Shown here piece by piece: positions 1-13,424 of a stretch of 64,000 nucleotides of DNA. Position 1 is the stretch's first letter. Every line of letters starts with the position of its first letter. A program made the position numbers and the translations under genes. The stretch is from Candidatus Bruticola sp. Lineage in GTDB: Bacteria > Vulcanimicrobiota > Xenobia > Xenobiales > Xenobiaceae. The stretch covers positions 1 to 64,000 of the forward strand of contig JBJEGD010000002.1 of the NCBI GenBank assembly GCA_051874735.1, written 5' to 3'. The notes below the pieces were generated by a model, which was not told the DNA's origin, did not search any database, and saw nothing but the letters and a program-made list of their open reading frames with translations.

Positions 1-9
1 TGCCCGAGT

Positions 10-38
10 ATATTACCGCGCAGACCTTATTATGTCAA
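10..38 (-). promoter_or_regulatory. sigma70-type promoter pointing out of the window to the left
   Basis: Minus strand TTGACA-17 bp-TAATAT; same architecture as the two tRNA promoters in this window. Confidence 0.55.
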
Positions 39-119
39 GTACTTTAGAAAAAAAAGAGTTTATTTTATTTGCAAGCCTCTTCCCTTATAAGCTGAGTCCG
101 GAAATAAGCCAAGCAAAAA

Positions 120-638
120 CTATTTAGCCGTATTGTGTAATGAACTAAGAGTTTTCTCTGCATAAATAGTACAAATATCGGCCTTATTTTGAGGAAATTC
201 TACTTTTATAATTAATAGATGTTCCGCCTCTCCCTGACTATCTTCCTTTATTCGTAAAACGCGCATTAAACAGCAATTATTTTGATATTGCCATTTTATG
301 GAGATATCATGGTCAATATTTTGCGGCAGATTATCTACCTTTTCCCAAGTTATACCCTCAGGTACGTATTTGCAAGCGGCTTCTAAGGCAGATTCATTAG
401 CGATGCTATAAAATCCGCTGCCAGTTATTTTCATTAACAATAACGAAGAATAGAAAGACCGTCCATCTCCATTGGCCGGTTCTTCTAAAGCTAAACAACT
501 CTCGGGATAGGAAAAAGCAAACTGAAAACGTCCGTTTGTATAAATTTTCATTTGCTCAGCATAAGCTGCTGACGAGAGAAAAGAAAACAATATCCATAAA
601 ACAAATATAATGCTCAACGGGTAACTTCTGCACTTCAT
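120..638 (-). CDS. secreted hypothetical protein
   Basis: 172-aa ORF; signal peptide ending AAYA; YTNGRFQFAFSYP...PANGDGRSF motif typical of small exported proteins. Confidence 0.65.
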   Translation of the reverse strand: MKCRSYPLSIIFVLWILFSFLSSAAYAEQMKIYTNGRFQFAFSYPESCLALEEPANGDGRSFYSSLLLMKITGSGFYSIANESALEAACKYVPEGITWEKVDNLPQNIDHDISIKWQYQNNCCLMRVLRIKEDSQGEAEHLLIIKVEFPQNKADICTIYAEKTLSSLHNTAK

Positions 639-977
639 TTCTTATTTTCCCTTCAACAATAAAACCTTAACAAAGTATATATACAACTAATTAGTACTTA
701 AAATTAGTCAATAATTTTTTATTCGCAATAAATTATCAGTTTTTTTCTAGCTTACATTTAATCTATACAGAAAAAAAACACAACATACTGGAAATGCATC
801 AAACAAAATAATCAATATAATGTATACATATTTTTTTTGCGCTAGAACAGCAGGAAGGAACGTTTTTTATCGTATATAATTTTGCTTGGATTTCGACTAA
901 AGATACAAACAGTTTAAAAGTTGTCTAATTTTTTATATAGTTTTAGTTATTTTTGCCAGTCGATAAGGAAAACAAAT

Positions 978-2345
978 ATGTCCGATATCCCAATTTTGAC
1001 TACGTTAGAAGAACTTTATAAATTTGGTCCCGGTCCTTCTAGTTCACACACTATGGGTCCAATGCTGGCCGGCTATAATTTTTACCGACATATGTCCCAT
1101 CAATCTGACGAGCTCTTACAAAAAGCCGACCATCTCGATATCATACTTTTAGGCAGTTTAAGTGCTACTGGCAAGGGCCACGGCACTGATAAAGCGGTCT
1201 TAGCCGGAGTTTTAGGCCATCAGCCTGAAGATTGTTCTCCTGATTTACTCGACGAATTGTCCGAACACCGCCAAAGAAAATACTCCCTTCAAATCGGCTC
1301 TTTCACTACTACTCTAGCGGTTGACGACATTATTTACGGTCCAACTATAGGCGATTTTGCCCATCCCAACACTATGCAGATCAGGGTCTGCACTAAAGAT
1401 AGGCAGATAATTTTAGAACGAGAATACTATTCTGTAGGCGGAGGTTTCATAGAGTGGAAAGGCCGCATTCCTGAGAAAAAACCAATGCCTCCATATCCCT
1501 ATACTACTTTTAAAGAGCTGAAAAGTTATGTAGATGAAAATCATTCGTTATTCGACATTTTATTGGCTAATGAAATGGCCTTAACGGGAAAAACAGAAAA
1601 AGAAGTTATCGATTTTGCGGCCCGTGTCGTAAAAGTTATGCAAAATTCCGCCTGTAGAGGTATGCATAAAACGGGCAGTCTTCCGGGGCCTTTAGGACTG
1701 CAGAGTAAAGCCAGGCGCCTTTTAGATAAATTCAAAAATCGTTTAGAATTTTCGGCAGAGATGGCTATTACCGCTGTGGCAGCCGTAGCTATAGCCGTAA
1801 GTGAAGAAAATGCCCGTGGTCACGTTATTTGCACCGCTCCCACTGCCGGGTCTGCTGGAGTTATGGCTGGTGCAGTGCAAGTACTGCTCAATAGAAACGC
1901 CCATGATGTACGGCGCGTCTGCGAGAGTCTAATTGTAGCTGCAGCCATAGGATATTTATGTAAAAGAAACGCCACAATTTCCGGTGCAGAAGGCGGATGC
2001 CAAGCGGAAGTGGGCGTTGCTTCGGCTATGACGGCAGCTCTGCTAGTCAATTACCGTGGCGGAACAGCTGAAATTATAGAAAACGCTGCCGAATCCGCTC
2101 TGGAACAGCACTTAGGTTTAACTTGTGATCCAGTAGGCGGTTATGTGCAGATTCCCTGCATCGAGCGCAATGGCTTCGGTATTATAAAAGCCTGGACAGC
2201 CAGCAGCATAGCTCTCGACGAAGTGGCCAGCAGCCATATGGTCGACTTAGACAGCTGCATCGAAGCGATGAACTTAACAGCCAAAGAAATGTCTTCAAAA
2301 TATAAAGAAACTGCGGAAGGCGGCCTAGCTAAAGTTCTCTGCTAA
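978..2345 (+). CDS. sdaA: L-serine ammonia-lyase, Fe-S dependent, single chain
   Basis: GPGPSSSHTMGP, GSLSATGKGHGTD, SGAEGGCQAEVG and LGLTCDPVGGYVQIPCIERN motifs; ATG at 978 follows an AAGGA RBS (ORF track starts at 921). Confidence 0.93.
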   Translation: MSDIPILTTLEELYKFGPGPSSSHTMGPMLAGYNFYRHMSHQSDELLQKADHLDIILLGSLSATGKGHGTDKAVLAGVLGHQPEDCSPDLLDELSEHRQRKYSLQIGSFTTTLAVDDIIYGPTIGDFAHPNTMQIRVCTKDRQIILEREYYSVGGGFIEWKGRIPEKKPMPPYPYTTFKELKSYVDENHSLFDILLANEMALTGKTEKEVIDFAARVVKVMQNSACRGMHKTGSLPGPLGLQSKARRLLDKFKNRLEFSAEMAITAVAAVAIAVSEENARGHVICTAPTAGSAGVMAGAVQVLLNRNAHDVRRVCESLIVAAAIGYLCKRNATISGAEGGCQAEVGVASAMTAALLVNYRGGTAEIIENAAESALEQHLGLTCDPVGGYVQIPCIERNGFGIIKAWTASSIALDEVASSHMVDLDSCIEAMNLTAKEMSSKYKETAEGGLAKVLC

Positions 2346-2382
2346 AAGCTCCTAACGTAAGCAATATATTAACTAAAATAAT

Positions 2383-2420
2383 AATACCGGAGGCTATCTT
2401 AGAAAGCAGCCCCCGGTATT
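2383..2420. terminator. hairpin between convergent genes (probable bidirectional terminator)
   Basis: AATACCGG(A)GGCT...AGCC(C)CCGGTATT inverted repeat. Confidence 0.6.
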
Positions 2421-2439
2421 GTTCATTTAATAGCCCAAT

Positions 2440-3645
2440 TTAATCCCGTAAAGAGGAAGCTACTACTGTAGCCAAGTCCTTTAATTCTTCTACGGCTTTG
2501 TTATCAACAGACGAAGTTAATTCCACACTGCCTAAAATATGGATATTATTCATATGGGATAAAATATGATTCATAATTTTTATTGACTGAGAAGCCCAAG
2601 AACCATTACCGATCAAAGCCACCTCTCGGTCTCGCAAAGCATGAGCCTTCAAACTATTGAGCAAATGCTCCATTTGAGGATATAGATCATTCATATAAGT
2701 GGGAGCGGCAAAGACCAAATGGCTGCATCTGAAGCTCTCTGCCACTAAATAAGCGCAATCTACAGAAGAGACGTCGTATATACTGATATTATTGACACCC
2801 AATTTATCTAATTCAGAGCCTAAAATTTCTGCAGCATTCTCTGTATGGTGATACATTGAAGCGAAAGCTATCATAACTTCTTGATCTTCTGGAGTATAGG
2901 TAGCCCACTTCGTATACTTATCAATAATATAGGCAAAATCATTACGCAGAATCAAACCGTGCAGAGGGCAGATTAACTTAAATTCCAAACCGGCAGCCGC
3001 TTTAAGCAATTTTGAAGCCTGAAGTCCATATTTACCGACAATATTAGTGTAATAACGACGATACTCAGCAATGTTAGCCCGCATATTAGCATGATCGTTA
3101 AAAATATTGCCGCTTAAAGCGCCGAAACTGCCGAAAGCATCAGCAGAAAACAATATCTTGTGGGTTAAATCGTAAGTTACCATTACCTCGGGCCAGTGCA
3201 CCATGGGAGCGAAGATAAAGGTAAGCTCAGTTTGACCTATACGCAGATGATCTCCGTTAGCTACAATAATAAAGCGATCATGCCAATTTCTAGCTTCAGG
3301 GAAAAATTGTTTCAGGAAAGTTAGTGTCTTCGCATTGACAATGATTTTCACTTCAGGATACTTAGCAGCTAAAGCGGCTATACCAGCGCAATGGTCAGGC
3401 TCCATATGCTGAACAATGAGGTAATTAAGCCTGCGTCCATGTAAAACATGTTCCAAATTTTCAAAAAAACGAGTTAAAACGGCTTCATCAGCAGTATCTA
3501 CAACAGCGGTTTCTTCATCATCGATAAAATAAGAATTATAAGAAACACCAAATTTTAAGGGGAAATGGTTCTCAAACAAGCTGATACGCCTGTCATTTGC
3601 GCCGATCCAACTTATGTTGTCTGACACGTGAATTACGTTATGCAT
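2440..3645 (-). CDS. fprA: FprA-family flavodiiron protein (metallo-beta-lactamase plus flavodoxin domains)
   Basis: GVSYNSY, HMEPDH, PMVHWPE, FSADAFG and PLHG motifs; C-terminal flavodoxin domain. Confidence 0.9.
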   Translation of the reverse strand: MHNVIHVSDNISWIGANDRRISLFENHFPLKFGVSYNSYFIDDEETAVVDTADEAVLTRFFENLEHVLHGRRLNYLIVQHMEPDHCAGIAALAAKYPEVKIIVNAKTLTFLKQFFPEARNWHDRFIIVANGDHLRIGQTELTFIFAPMVHWPEVMVTYDLTHKILFSADAFGSFGALSGNIFNDHANMRANIAEYRRYYTNIVGKYGLQASKLLKAAAGLEFKLICPLHGLILRNDFAYIIDKYTKWATYTPEDQEVMIAFASMYHHTENAAEILGSELDKLGVNNISIYDVSSVDCAYLVAESFRCSHLVFAAPTYMNDLYPQMEHLLNSLKAHALRDREVALIGNGSWASQSIKIMNHILSHMNNIHILGSVELTSSVDNKAVEELKDLATVVASSLRD

Positions 3646-3722
3646 AACTATACCTCTCTTTTTATCATCACATTAGCTATCAATAAAAATACCGACCGGA
3701 AGATGTTTGCGAACTACTAAAT

Positions 3723-6056
<2,334 letters not shown>

Positions 6057-6138
6057 TTATGCTCCTCTTAAAATTCTAGCTCCAATATCCAATAAACCCA
6101 AAAACGGTACAGGATATATCTGCATTAACGTTTAAATA

Positions 6139-9100
6139 TTGCGCATTATGTCTATCATCTACCAAACCATACAAAATTTTATAGATTTCGTCACTACTCA
6201 TCCTCAAGCTTCTATCATCGTACAAGATAAACAATATTTAGCTTTCTTTACTAGCCAGCTCAGTAAACATTATCTGAAAAAAAAGACTGCAGCCTGGCGC
6301 TGTCCCAATATTTATACTATTGATGTTTGGTCCTCAAAATTGTGGAATTGGCTCCAAATTCACTCCCAGGATCTCAATATTCAACTGCCTAAACTTATCG
6401 ATCCTGTCAGTGAAAAACTAATTTTAGATCGATTAGTTCACACATGGAATGACACAAACAAGCATAAATTTCTCAATCCTGAAGGTACATCAATATCCGT
6501 ATATAAATGCTGGCGTCTGCTCTGTCAATATAATTGCCTGCCTGAACTGCCCGAATATGCGGAATCGTTTAAGCCTCAGTTTATTTCGAATAACCAGCTT
6601 AAGGGCGGCTTAAAAATAGGAACTTTTCTCAGCGGCGATCTCAACAGCGATCACCTCTTTTTCCTTGATATTGTCAAAAAATACTGCCTAGATATGAAAC
6701 AAAACGGTACGCTCAGCGGCCGACTCCTGCCCAATGCTCTAATACATTTTATCAAGCTGCTTAAGCAGGAATATCCTTCTATCGAGATACCTTATCTTAA
6801 TAAGGAAATGGTTTTTGCTAATTTTATAGAGAACACTTACCCTCAGTTAGATAGTGTACTAAATTCGCTGATTCAAATAGGTATAGAAGCTCAAAAACTT
6901 AATTTCAAAAATCCTCCTCTAGAAAAACTTACTCTCATTGGCAGCAGAAAAGACGAAAGCCTGCACTCTCCTTTTGAAAGTTTAGAAGAGGAGATCGCTT
7001 GGGCCGTAAATTATATAAAACCCAAACTGGCCGATCCCAATTACAGTGCCGCCATCGTAGCGCAAAATTTAGACGAGAATTTTTATCTTACCCTTGATAA
7101 ATACGCGAATCCTCACGTGTTATTTACCGGCAGCAATTGTCAGAAGATCTACAAATCTTCCGGCGGCACTCCCCTCTCAAAAACACCTATGAGCGTCGAT
7201 TTCTTCAGCCTGCTCCAGTTAGCAACAAAGGGCAAAATTAAACGTACTCCGCTACTTAACTTAATACAGAACGGCTTTTTGTATAAAGCTAAAGCTGAAT
7301 TTAGCAAACGCAGTTGCTTATATAAAAGCATCTGCAGCGATTGGCGAAGCGAGTACACTTTAAAAGACATATATGAATTAGCTAAAGAAAATAAATGTTT
7401 TTATCTGGCGGAACTAGTTTTCTTAACATATAAATACAATCCGAATACCTACGAAGATATGCGCAGAGAATTCCGTGAATTTAGAACAAAAGTTAAAAAT
7501 ATACGGAAAAATAGACAAAGCTGCGAACTAAAAGTCGCTTTTGGCTATAGCCAGATCGCCCCCCCTGACCAGGTTCCGAGCCAAGAATATAATAAAAAAT
7601 TCACTCTTGCCCAATGGATCAACTATAGCCGCACCCTGCTGCAAATGTGGATATCTTACAATCACGCTATGGGCAAAGCTCCCACTGTAGCCCTATCAGC
7701 TGCCACTTACCTGTCTAAACTGCGTTCTTTTTATACTCTATCCAGCTACACTTCGCAATCTGACGTTATCGATTGTGACGATTTTCTCCGCTATCTACGT
7801 TTGGGAATACATGGAGTCAGGTTAGTATCTGGAGCCTTATCCCCTGAAGCAGAGCGTTTTCAGATATTGAATATACGCAAAACTCTGCGCAGCCATTTTT
7901 CGGAAATAATACTCGTCGGCTTTAACACCGAAAATTTTCCTCAACCGGTTAGCTATCCCGGATTTATTCCTCAATCTCGGCTTGTAGAATTAGGATGGCC
8001 CCAAGCTCATATCTCACTCTCTCTACAGGAAACTTTGAAAAACTTAGAGGCCTTAAGGCACTGTGCCGATCGGGTTATTGTCTCTTTTTCTAACTCTATT
8101 AATAAAAATGACAAACAGCAGCCTTCTTCAGTAGGACTAGAAAATTTGATTCATGAGTCCCTAAGCCAACCAGACAGCCCTGATACTAAGCTGCGCATTA
8201 ATCTAGTCCAGCCGGAAGAACTGATAAACCATTTGGATGCGACTGCCCAGCCCGACATTCTCGCGCGTTACAGTCTTGCTCCTTTGGAAAACAGGGAGAC
8301 TCTGCTATCTAAGCCGCGGAAGGAGCAATCTCCTCCACCAGCCCATTTTAATAACCAACGCGACGGCATTAAATGTTTCCGAGGTGGAGTTCAAGTTATA
8401 AGTGATATGGCTAACTGTCCTCTACAGGCCTTATTAATCCGCCGTTTAGAATGCGCTGGCTATGAAGAAGAGACTAAAAACGGCCTAGATACCAAGTTGG
8501 ATAGAGGCAATCTTCTTCACGAATGTTTAAAAAGGTTCTGGGAAAAGTTTAATTCAAGAGCTGAACCTAACCAAGGTTCAAGTTTTCAGCAATTAAATAA
8601 ACTTTATAATAAAAAACTCTCGGAAGGTCCATCTGCAGACGGCGACTTCAAAGACGAATTGGAGCTAAAGCTTAGAGACATAGTGGAAAAAGTGCTGGAA
8701 GATCCGAAGTATAAGCGTCTGAGCAAGCATATATTAGAAAATGAACGAGATTTGCTTACAGAAAAGCTATACAACTGGATGGTCGATTACGAACGACAGC
8801 GGGGCGAATTCGACGTCACCAAATGCGAAGAGAAGGTACTACTAAATATAGCTCCACAATCATCAGGGAAGTTAGCCTCCCCTAACTTGCAATTAACCTG
8901 CGCCGGCATTATCGATCGCATCGATGAAGTTAAAGATCAAAACGGCAATACGGGAAAAGTCATTATTGATTACAAAACGGGCAATCCCGATAACAGCAAA
9001 GTAGAAGCTTGGGATCCCAATCAAAATTACAGCCGGAACCCACTGAGAAGGAATTTTCAGTTGCCGCTGTATGCCTTCGAGTCAGAGGAAAAAGATCAAT

Positions 9101-9402
9101 GTCTGGGTATCTGCTTTGCTTTAATAAATAAAGCCAAAGCTAATAAAGGCAAATTTGCTGACGACACTGTAGAACAGAACCTGTTGGGAGAAACAAAAAA
9201 GGGGAAAAAGGGTAAAGACGCCCTTACTCTACCCTGGCCGCAATTTAGAGACGACTGCTGCAAACTGTTCAGCAAATTGGCTCAAGAGTATTTGGAAGGC
9301 AGCTGCCGACGCACTGACAACCTCGCACTGTGCCAAGAATGCACCTTTGTCAATCTATGCTGCCCCAACAGCTCAGCTCAAGACAACGGTTCAGCCGATT
9401 AA
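6139..9402 (+). CDS. addB: AddB/RexB-like PD-(D/E)XK nuclease subunit
   Basis: C-terminal GIIDRID...IIDYKTG...QLPLY nuclease motifs; Fe-S staple cysteines (CPLQ ... CQECTFVNLC); start may be ATG 6148. Confidence 0.78.
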   Translation: MRIMSIIYQTIQNFIDFVTTHPQASIIVQDKQYLAFFTSQLSKHYLKKKTAAWRCPNIYTIDVWSSKLWNWLQIHSQDLNIQLPKLIDPVSEKLILDRLVHTWNDTNKHKFLNPEGTSISVYKCWRLLCQYNCLPELPEYAESFKPQFISNNQLKGGLKIGTFLSGDLNSDHLFFLDIVKKYCLDMKQNGTLSGRLLPNALIHFIKLLKQEYPSIEIPYLNKEMVFANFIENTYPQLDSVLNSLIQIGIEAQKLNFKNPPLEKLTLIGSRKDESLHSPFESLEEEIAWAVNYIKPKLADPNYSAAIVAQNLDENFYLTLDKYANPHVLFTGSNCQKIYKSSGGTPLSKTPMSVDFFSLLQLATKGKIKRTPLLNLIQNGFLYKAKAEFSKRSCLYKSICSDWRSEYTLKDIYELAKENKCFYLAELVFLTYKYNPNTYEDMRREFREFRTKVKNIRKNRQSCELKVAFGYSQIAPPDQVPSQEYNKKFTLAQWINYSRTLLQMWISYNHAMGKAPTVALSAATYLSKLRSFYTLSSYTSQSDVIDCDDFLRYLRLGIHGVRLVSGALSPEAERFQILNIRKTLRSHFSEIILVGFNTENFPQPVSYPGFIPQSRLVELGWPQAHISLSLQETLKNLEALRHCADRVIVSFSNSINKNDKQQPSSVGLENLIHESLSQPDSPDTKLRINLVQPEELINHLDATAQPDILARYSLAPLENRETLLSKPRKEQSPPPAHFNNQRDGIKCFRGGVQVISDMANCPLQALLIRRLECAGYEEETKNGLDTKLDRGNLLHECLKRFWEKFNSRAEPNQGSSFQQLNKLYNKKLSEGPSADGDFKDELELKLRDIVEKVLEDPKYKRLSKHILENERDLLTEKLYNWMVDYERQRGEFDVTKCEEKVLLNIAPQSSGKLASPNLQLTCAGIIDRIDEVKDQNGNTGKVIIDYKTGNPDNSKVEAWDPNQNYSRNPLRRNFQLPLYAFESEEKDQCLGICFALINKAKANKGKFADDTVEQNLLGETKKGKKGKDALTLPWPQFRDDCCKLFSKLAQEYLEGSCRRTDNLALCQECTFVNLCCPNSSAQDNGSAD

Positions 9403-12400
9403 GATTGAATTTCGCAGAAACCTTCGCCTTGTTCTACTAAAGGAAAGTACAGAGCCGCTCTGATCTTATCTTGATATTCAGGATAAATTTGGGCGGCGAT
9501 GCGCTTATAAACGGACAACTGCTCTCTATAGTCACAACACTTGCGTTCGTAAAACTCAGCTAAAGTTTCATGTTTTTTCTTACTTGAAGTTTTATAATCG
9601 ATAATCCACAGAGTTCCGTCTTCTATAAAGACTCTGTCCAGAATGCGTTTTTCAACACTAGAGTGAGCGGGCTCAGCTGTTGCCTCCTTTGAAGGGCCAC
9701 CCAGCAACTCATTATCAGCGTAAAACTCCATTTCACATCCGTCAATTTCCCGCCGCTTAAGGATCCAACGCCCCCTTTCGGAAAGCATAATATTTTTTAC
9801 CGCTTCGCTGGCTGTTTCCAGAGCCTTCTCAGTTTGTTCCTTGTTTAAACTTTGAGCACACATACGCACCAAAATGGGTTTTAACGTTTCAACAACAAAT
9901 TGTACATGGTTGGTAAGACTGCTGGAATTAAAGTTACGCCTTAACTCGCTACCAACTAATTGTTCAAAAGCATAATGGATAATGGTACCCAGCATAATTT
10001 TAAAATTGTTATCGATCAAGCTGCAGCTGCCGCCAGCTTGTTTGGCAATCTGCCTGCGAGCGTAGTCCTTAGTGTCGTCCTCGTGCTTTCTACAGCTATC
10101 TAAACACCTCTGCAAACCACATTTTTCAGCCCAATTAAGCTCTAAACGGCTCAAGATTTCATGATTGGCTAAATTAGCTACTTCAGAGCAAAGCTCCATG
10201 ACATTGGCGCAGTAATTCCTTATAAATTCACAATTTACAGATATATAACGATACAGTTCCCCTAAATTTTGCCCCAAAACGAAATAGCGGCTTAATTGGT
10301 TCAAAAGATCCTTATTTAGGACTTTACCTTGCTGTTTGGGCAAAACTTCACAATTATTATTAGTGTCAAGCTTTATCTTTATATAAGTGTAAATATAAAG
10401 ACGTTTTTTAGCTCTAGTAGCGGCCACATAAAAGAGGCGAACCCTCTCAGCTGTATCGAAACTGTGCCTAATGCAGCTAATAGCTTCACCTATAGGCATA
10501 TCGTTACCAGCAGCAATCATAACGTTGTCATTAATACTTTTCTGCTCTTGGCTATGTCCGTTATTCACTAAGCAGCTGCAAGCCTGAACTTCGTCTGACT
10601 TTTTAACATCATATACCACAGCGGCCCTACTTAAAAAGGAGCTGCGACTGGGCTTAACACTTTTTCGGCCTAAACCAGGCAGAAAAACATAATCAAATTC
10701 CAAACCTTTGGAACTGTGAATAGTCATAAACTGCACCGGATTGCCTTCACTGACCATAGTGTCAGCGAATAAATCGTTTAAATCGTTATCTAAAACATTG
10801 GCTGTAGGCCACACAGATCCAGAATCGTATCTAGTTAAGAAATTAAAATACTGCTGAGCCGCTTTCAGCTCCGCTTCACCACAAAAAGCTGGACCGCCCA
10901 GACTGCGCCACACCCCTTCAACAGCACGTATTAAAGAGATAGCGCGCCGATAAAAAAACGCTTGGGAAAATATCCGTTTTAAATTGAGACAACGTTCATA
11001 TAATTCAGGATATGGAGGATTTTCGGCTGAAGGCTTATTTTCTTTAATACATTCATTAAGTGCCAGCCAAAACTCTTTAGGACGGGACCAAGGTTTCTTG
11101 GGGTTATCATCGCGGAGATAGCGCTCCATAATCTCACAGATCTCGGCCCAAGTAAGTCCAACTAAAGGAGAACGCAAAATGGTAATCCATGAAGTCCGGT
11201 CCAAAGGATCAAGGAATACTTTGGTAATAGCTGTCAGCAGCGGCACAGGTTTTGTCTGAGATAATTTTTGAATATCTTTTTGACTGACGGGAATATTGGC
11301 CGCTTGCAACTCCCTAAGCAGTTCATCGCCAATATTTTTAGTCTCTAACAGTACGGCGCATACGGCATCTTTTTCAGTTTGGCGGATTCTCTTAATATCT
11401 TCAGCCATTAATTTAGCTTCATATAAGGACTCTTGATAGCAATCGAGCTTAAATGGTTGTCCAAGATTATTAACCGAATTAAAACAACCTCGATAAATTG
11501 CAGATTTTTCGGCCAAATCACTTAGAGATTCTGAACTAATCAGCGGTCTCACTATCAGAGGCTCAGCTTCTTGCTCGCATTTAGCAGCTTGAGAGGGCGT
11601 AAAGGCTACTATACCTTTGGAGCTGCTGGTCTCCTTAGGAAAAATGTTCGCAAAAACTTGGTTACACAAAGTGTCAATCAGCTGTTTATTAGAACGAAAA
11701 TTCAGCTGCAGACAGCACTCATCTAACTTAACAAGATCTGTATTGGGACTAGTTAAACCTACCTGTTTAGTATAAGTATAGACGCTTACATCTGCTCCGC
11801 GAAAACGATAAATTGACTGCATAGGATCGCCGACGCAGAAAATTGTGCCCTCAGTCTGCTTGTCCCCATTCAAAAGAGTAAAAATGGAATTGCCGGCTTC
11901 ATTACAAGCTGCAGTTAAATGAGTTAAAAGCTCGTACTGATCCCAAGATGTATCTTGATATTCATCAACTAAAATATGTTTAATGGGACTGCTGAAACTG
12001 AATCTGTCCAAACCTTTCTCGCCGTAAGGGTCGCTCGCTTTTAAAGCGGCGCGACTAATTTCGCTGTAATCGCACTTCGTTTCCTGAGCAAAAATGTCTT
12101 GAAGATGCTTAACTGCAAAAGCAAAAATATGCAAGCGGCGCACTATCTGTGCCCATTCTTCTTCAGTATATTCGCTACCGAACCGAGCAGCTTTTTTAAG
12201 AGCTTCTATAAAGTCTTGTTTTTGGTCACAGATGGAACATTCAGCCAAAAGTCCTGTCTGTTTATTGACGAACTGATCCCAGTTCTCGTAATACGGTGCT
12301 TTTTTATCTTTAATACTCTCTAATTCATTATAAAGTACCTTACCGTTACCATCTTTAAGCTTTAACGATCTAGCATCGATACTTTTTCTAAAATCGTTCC

Positions 12401-13424
12401 GATCAGTGTTTAGCAATATTATGGAAAGGCAGCGCCACTTTTCCCACTGTTCTAAAGCCTCCCGTCCCTCTTCCTGACTGGAAGCTAGTTTCACAAAAGC
12501 AGAAACTAGCGGATTACTACCTTGCTTGTTGCTGATGAACTCAGTTCCACCGTTATGATCACAAATAGCCTGCGCAGCCGCTACCACAATCGTGTAAAAA
12601 TCGGAGTCTATTTTTAGGGCCATTTTTTCCAAATCAGCGCTAAAACTACGGCACCAGGTCCTGTAACTATCCTCACTATTCTTGCGTAAATTGCTGAATT
12701 GCTCGCTGTACAAAGAGGCGTAATCTTTATTTCCATTTTCGAGATTATTTTCTAAAACGCTTAGCAAATCGGCCCGATCGGCTAACATTTCGGCCAGCTG
12801 TTCTTCAAGTTTGCTTTGATTGTTATCGAGTTCTGATAAAACAATCTTCAGTTCAGCCTGTAAATTCGAGGGCGCTTCGCCATAAAGAATTTCATTGACG
12901 GCATTTACAGCGGCTTGGGTGTAATATTTTCTACAATCGGCTTCAGTTTCTAAAACGTAGCCCATGCCGCTAGATATAGGCAAATTTTGCGCAATATAGC
13001 CACAAAAAGAGTCAATAGTTCGAATATTTAAACGAGACGGATTATTGAGCAGATCCCAGTGGTTCTCCTCACTCTGCTTCAAAGCCTTTCGGGCCGCCTC
13101 GTAAGACGATTTTTGAAAATCGTTATCCGGCTCTATATTCTTATCGGCCATATTGAGAAAGCTGAGAATACGCTCTCTCATTTCACCTACAGCTTTATTA
13201 GTAAAAGTAATGGCTAAAATTTCTTCAGGTCTCTCTACTTCACCTAAAAGAGCGAGAAAACGCATTGTTAGCAAACTCGTTTTGCCAGAACCTGCTGGAG
13301 CTTGCACTATAAAAGAACCCGCTGTATCTACAGCCCGCCGACGTGCTTTGGAGTCTAGGAGCTGAGAATGGCTGCCGGATGCAGCATTAGACGAATTACC
13401 TGCGGGCGATGTACTATGATCCAT
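9399..13424 (-). CDS. addA: AddA/RexA-like UvrD helicase-nuclease
   Basis: APAGSGKT Walker A, ITFTNKA, VDEYQD, VGDPMQSIYRFRGA, TIHSSKGLEF, YVAATRA; C-terminal LDRV...IIDYKT nuclease. Confidence 0.85.
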   Translation of the reverse strand: MDHSTSPAGNSSNAASGSHSQLLDSKARRRAVDTAGSFIVQAPAGSGKTSLLTMRFLALLGEVERPEEILAITFTNKAVGEMRERILSFLNMADKNIEPDNDFQKSSYEAARKALKQSEENHWDLLNNPSRLNIRTIDSFCGYIAQNLPISSGMGYVLETEADCRKYYTQAAVNAVNEILYGEAPSNLQAELKIVLSELDNNQSKLEEQLAEMLADRADLLSVLENNLENGNKDYASLYSEQFSNLRKNSEDSYRTWCRSFSADLEKMALKIDSDFYTIVVAAAQAICDHNGGTEFISNKQGSNPLVSAFVKLASSQEEGREALEQWEKWRCLSIILLNTDRNDFRKSIDARSLKLKDGNGKVLYNELESIKDKKAPYYENWDQFVNKQTGLLAECSICDQKQDFIEALKKAARFGSEYTEEEWAQIVRRLHIFAFAVKHLQDIFAQETKCDYSEISRAALKASDPYGEKGLDRFSFSSPIKHILVDEYQDTSWDQYELLTHLTAACNEAGNSIFTLLNGDKQTEGTIFCVGDPMQSIYRFRGADVSVYTYTKQVGLTSPNTDLVKLDECCLQLNFRSNKQLIDTLCNQVFANIFPKETSSSKGIVAFTPSQAAKCEQEAEPLIVRPLISSESLSDLAEKSAIYRGCFNSVNNLGQPFKLDCYQESLYEAKLMAEDIKRIRQTEKDAVCAVLLETKNIGDELLRELQAANIPVSQKDIQKLSQTKPVPLLTAITKVFLDPLDRTSWITILRSPLVGLTWAEICEIMERYLRDDNPKKPWSRPKEFWLALNECIKENKPSAENPPYPELYERCLNLKRIFSQAFFYRRAISLIRAVEGVWRSLGGPAFCGEAELKAAQQYFNFLTRYDSGSVWPTANVLDNDLNDLFADTMVSEGNPVQFMTIHSSKGLEFDYVFLPGLGRKSVKPSRSSFLSRAAVVYDVKKSDEVQACSCLVNNGHSQEQKSINDNVMIAAGNDMPIGEAISCIRHSFDTAERVRLFYVAATRAKKRLYIYTYIKIKLDTNNNCEVLPKQQGKVLNKDLLNQLSRYFVLGQNLGELYRYISVNCEFIRNYCANVMELCSEVANLANHEILSRLELNWAEKCGLQRCLDSCRKHEDDTKDYARRQIAKQAGGSCSLIDNNFKIMLGTIIHYAFEQLVGSELRRNFNSSSLTNHVQFVVETLKPILVRMCAQSLNKEQTEKALETASEAVKNIMLSERGRWILKRREIDGCEMEFYADNELLGGPSKEATAEPAHSSVEKRILDRVFIEDGTLWIIDYKTSSKKKHETLAEFYERKCCDYREQLSVYKRIAAQIYPEYQDKIRAALYFPLVEQGEGFCEIQS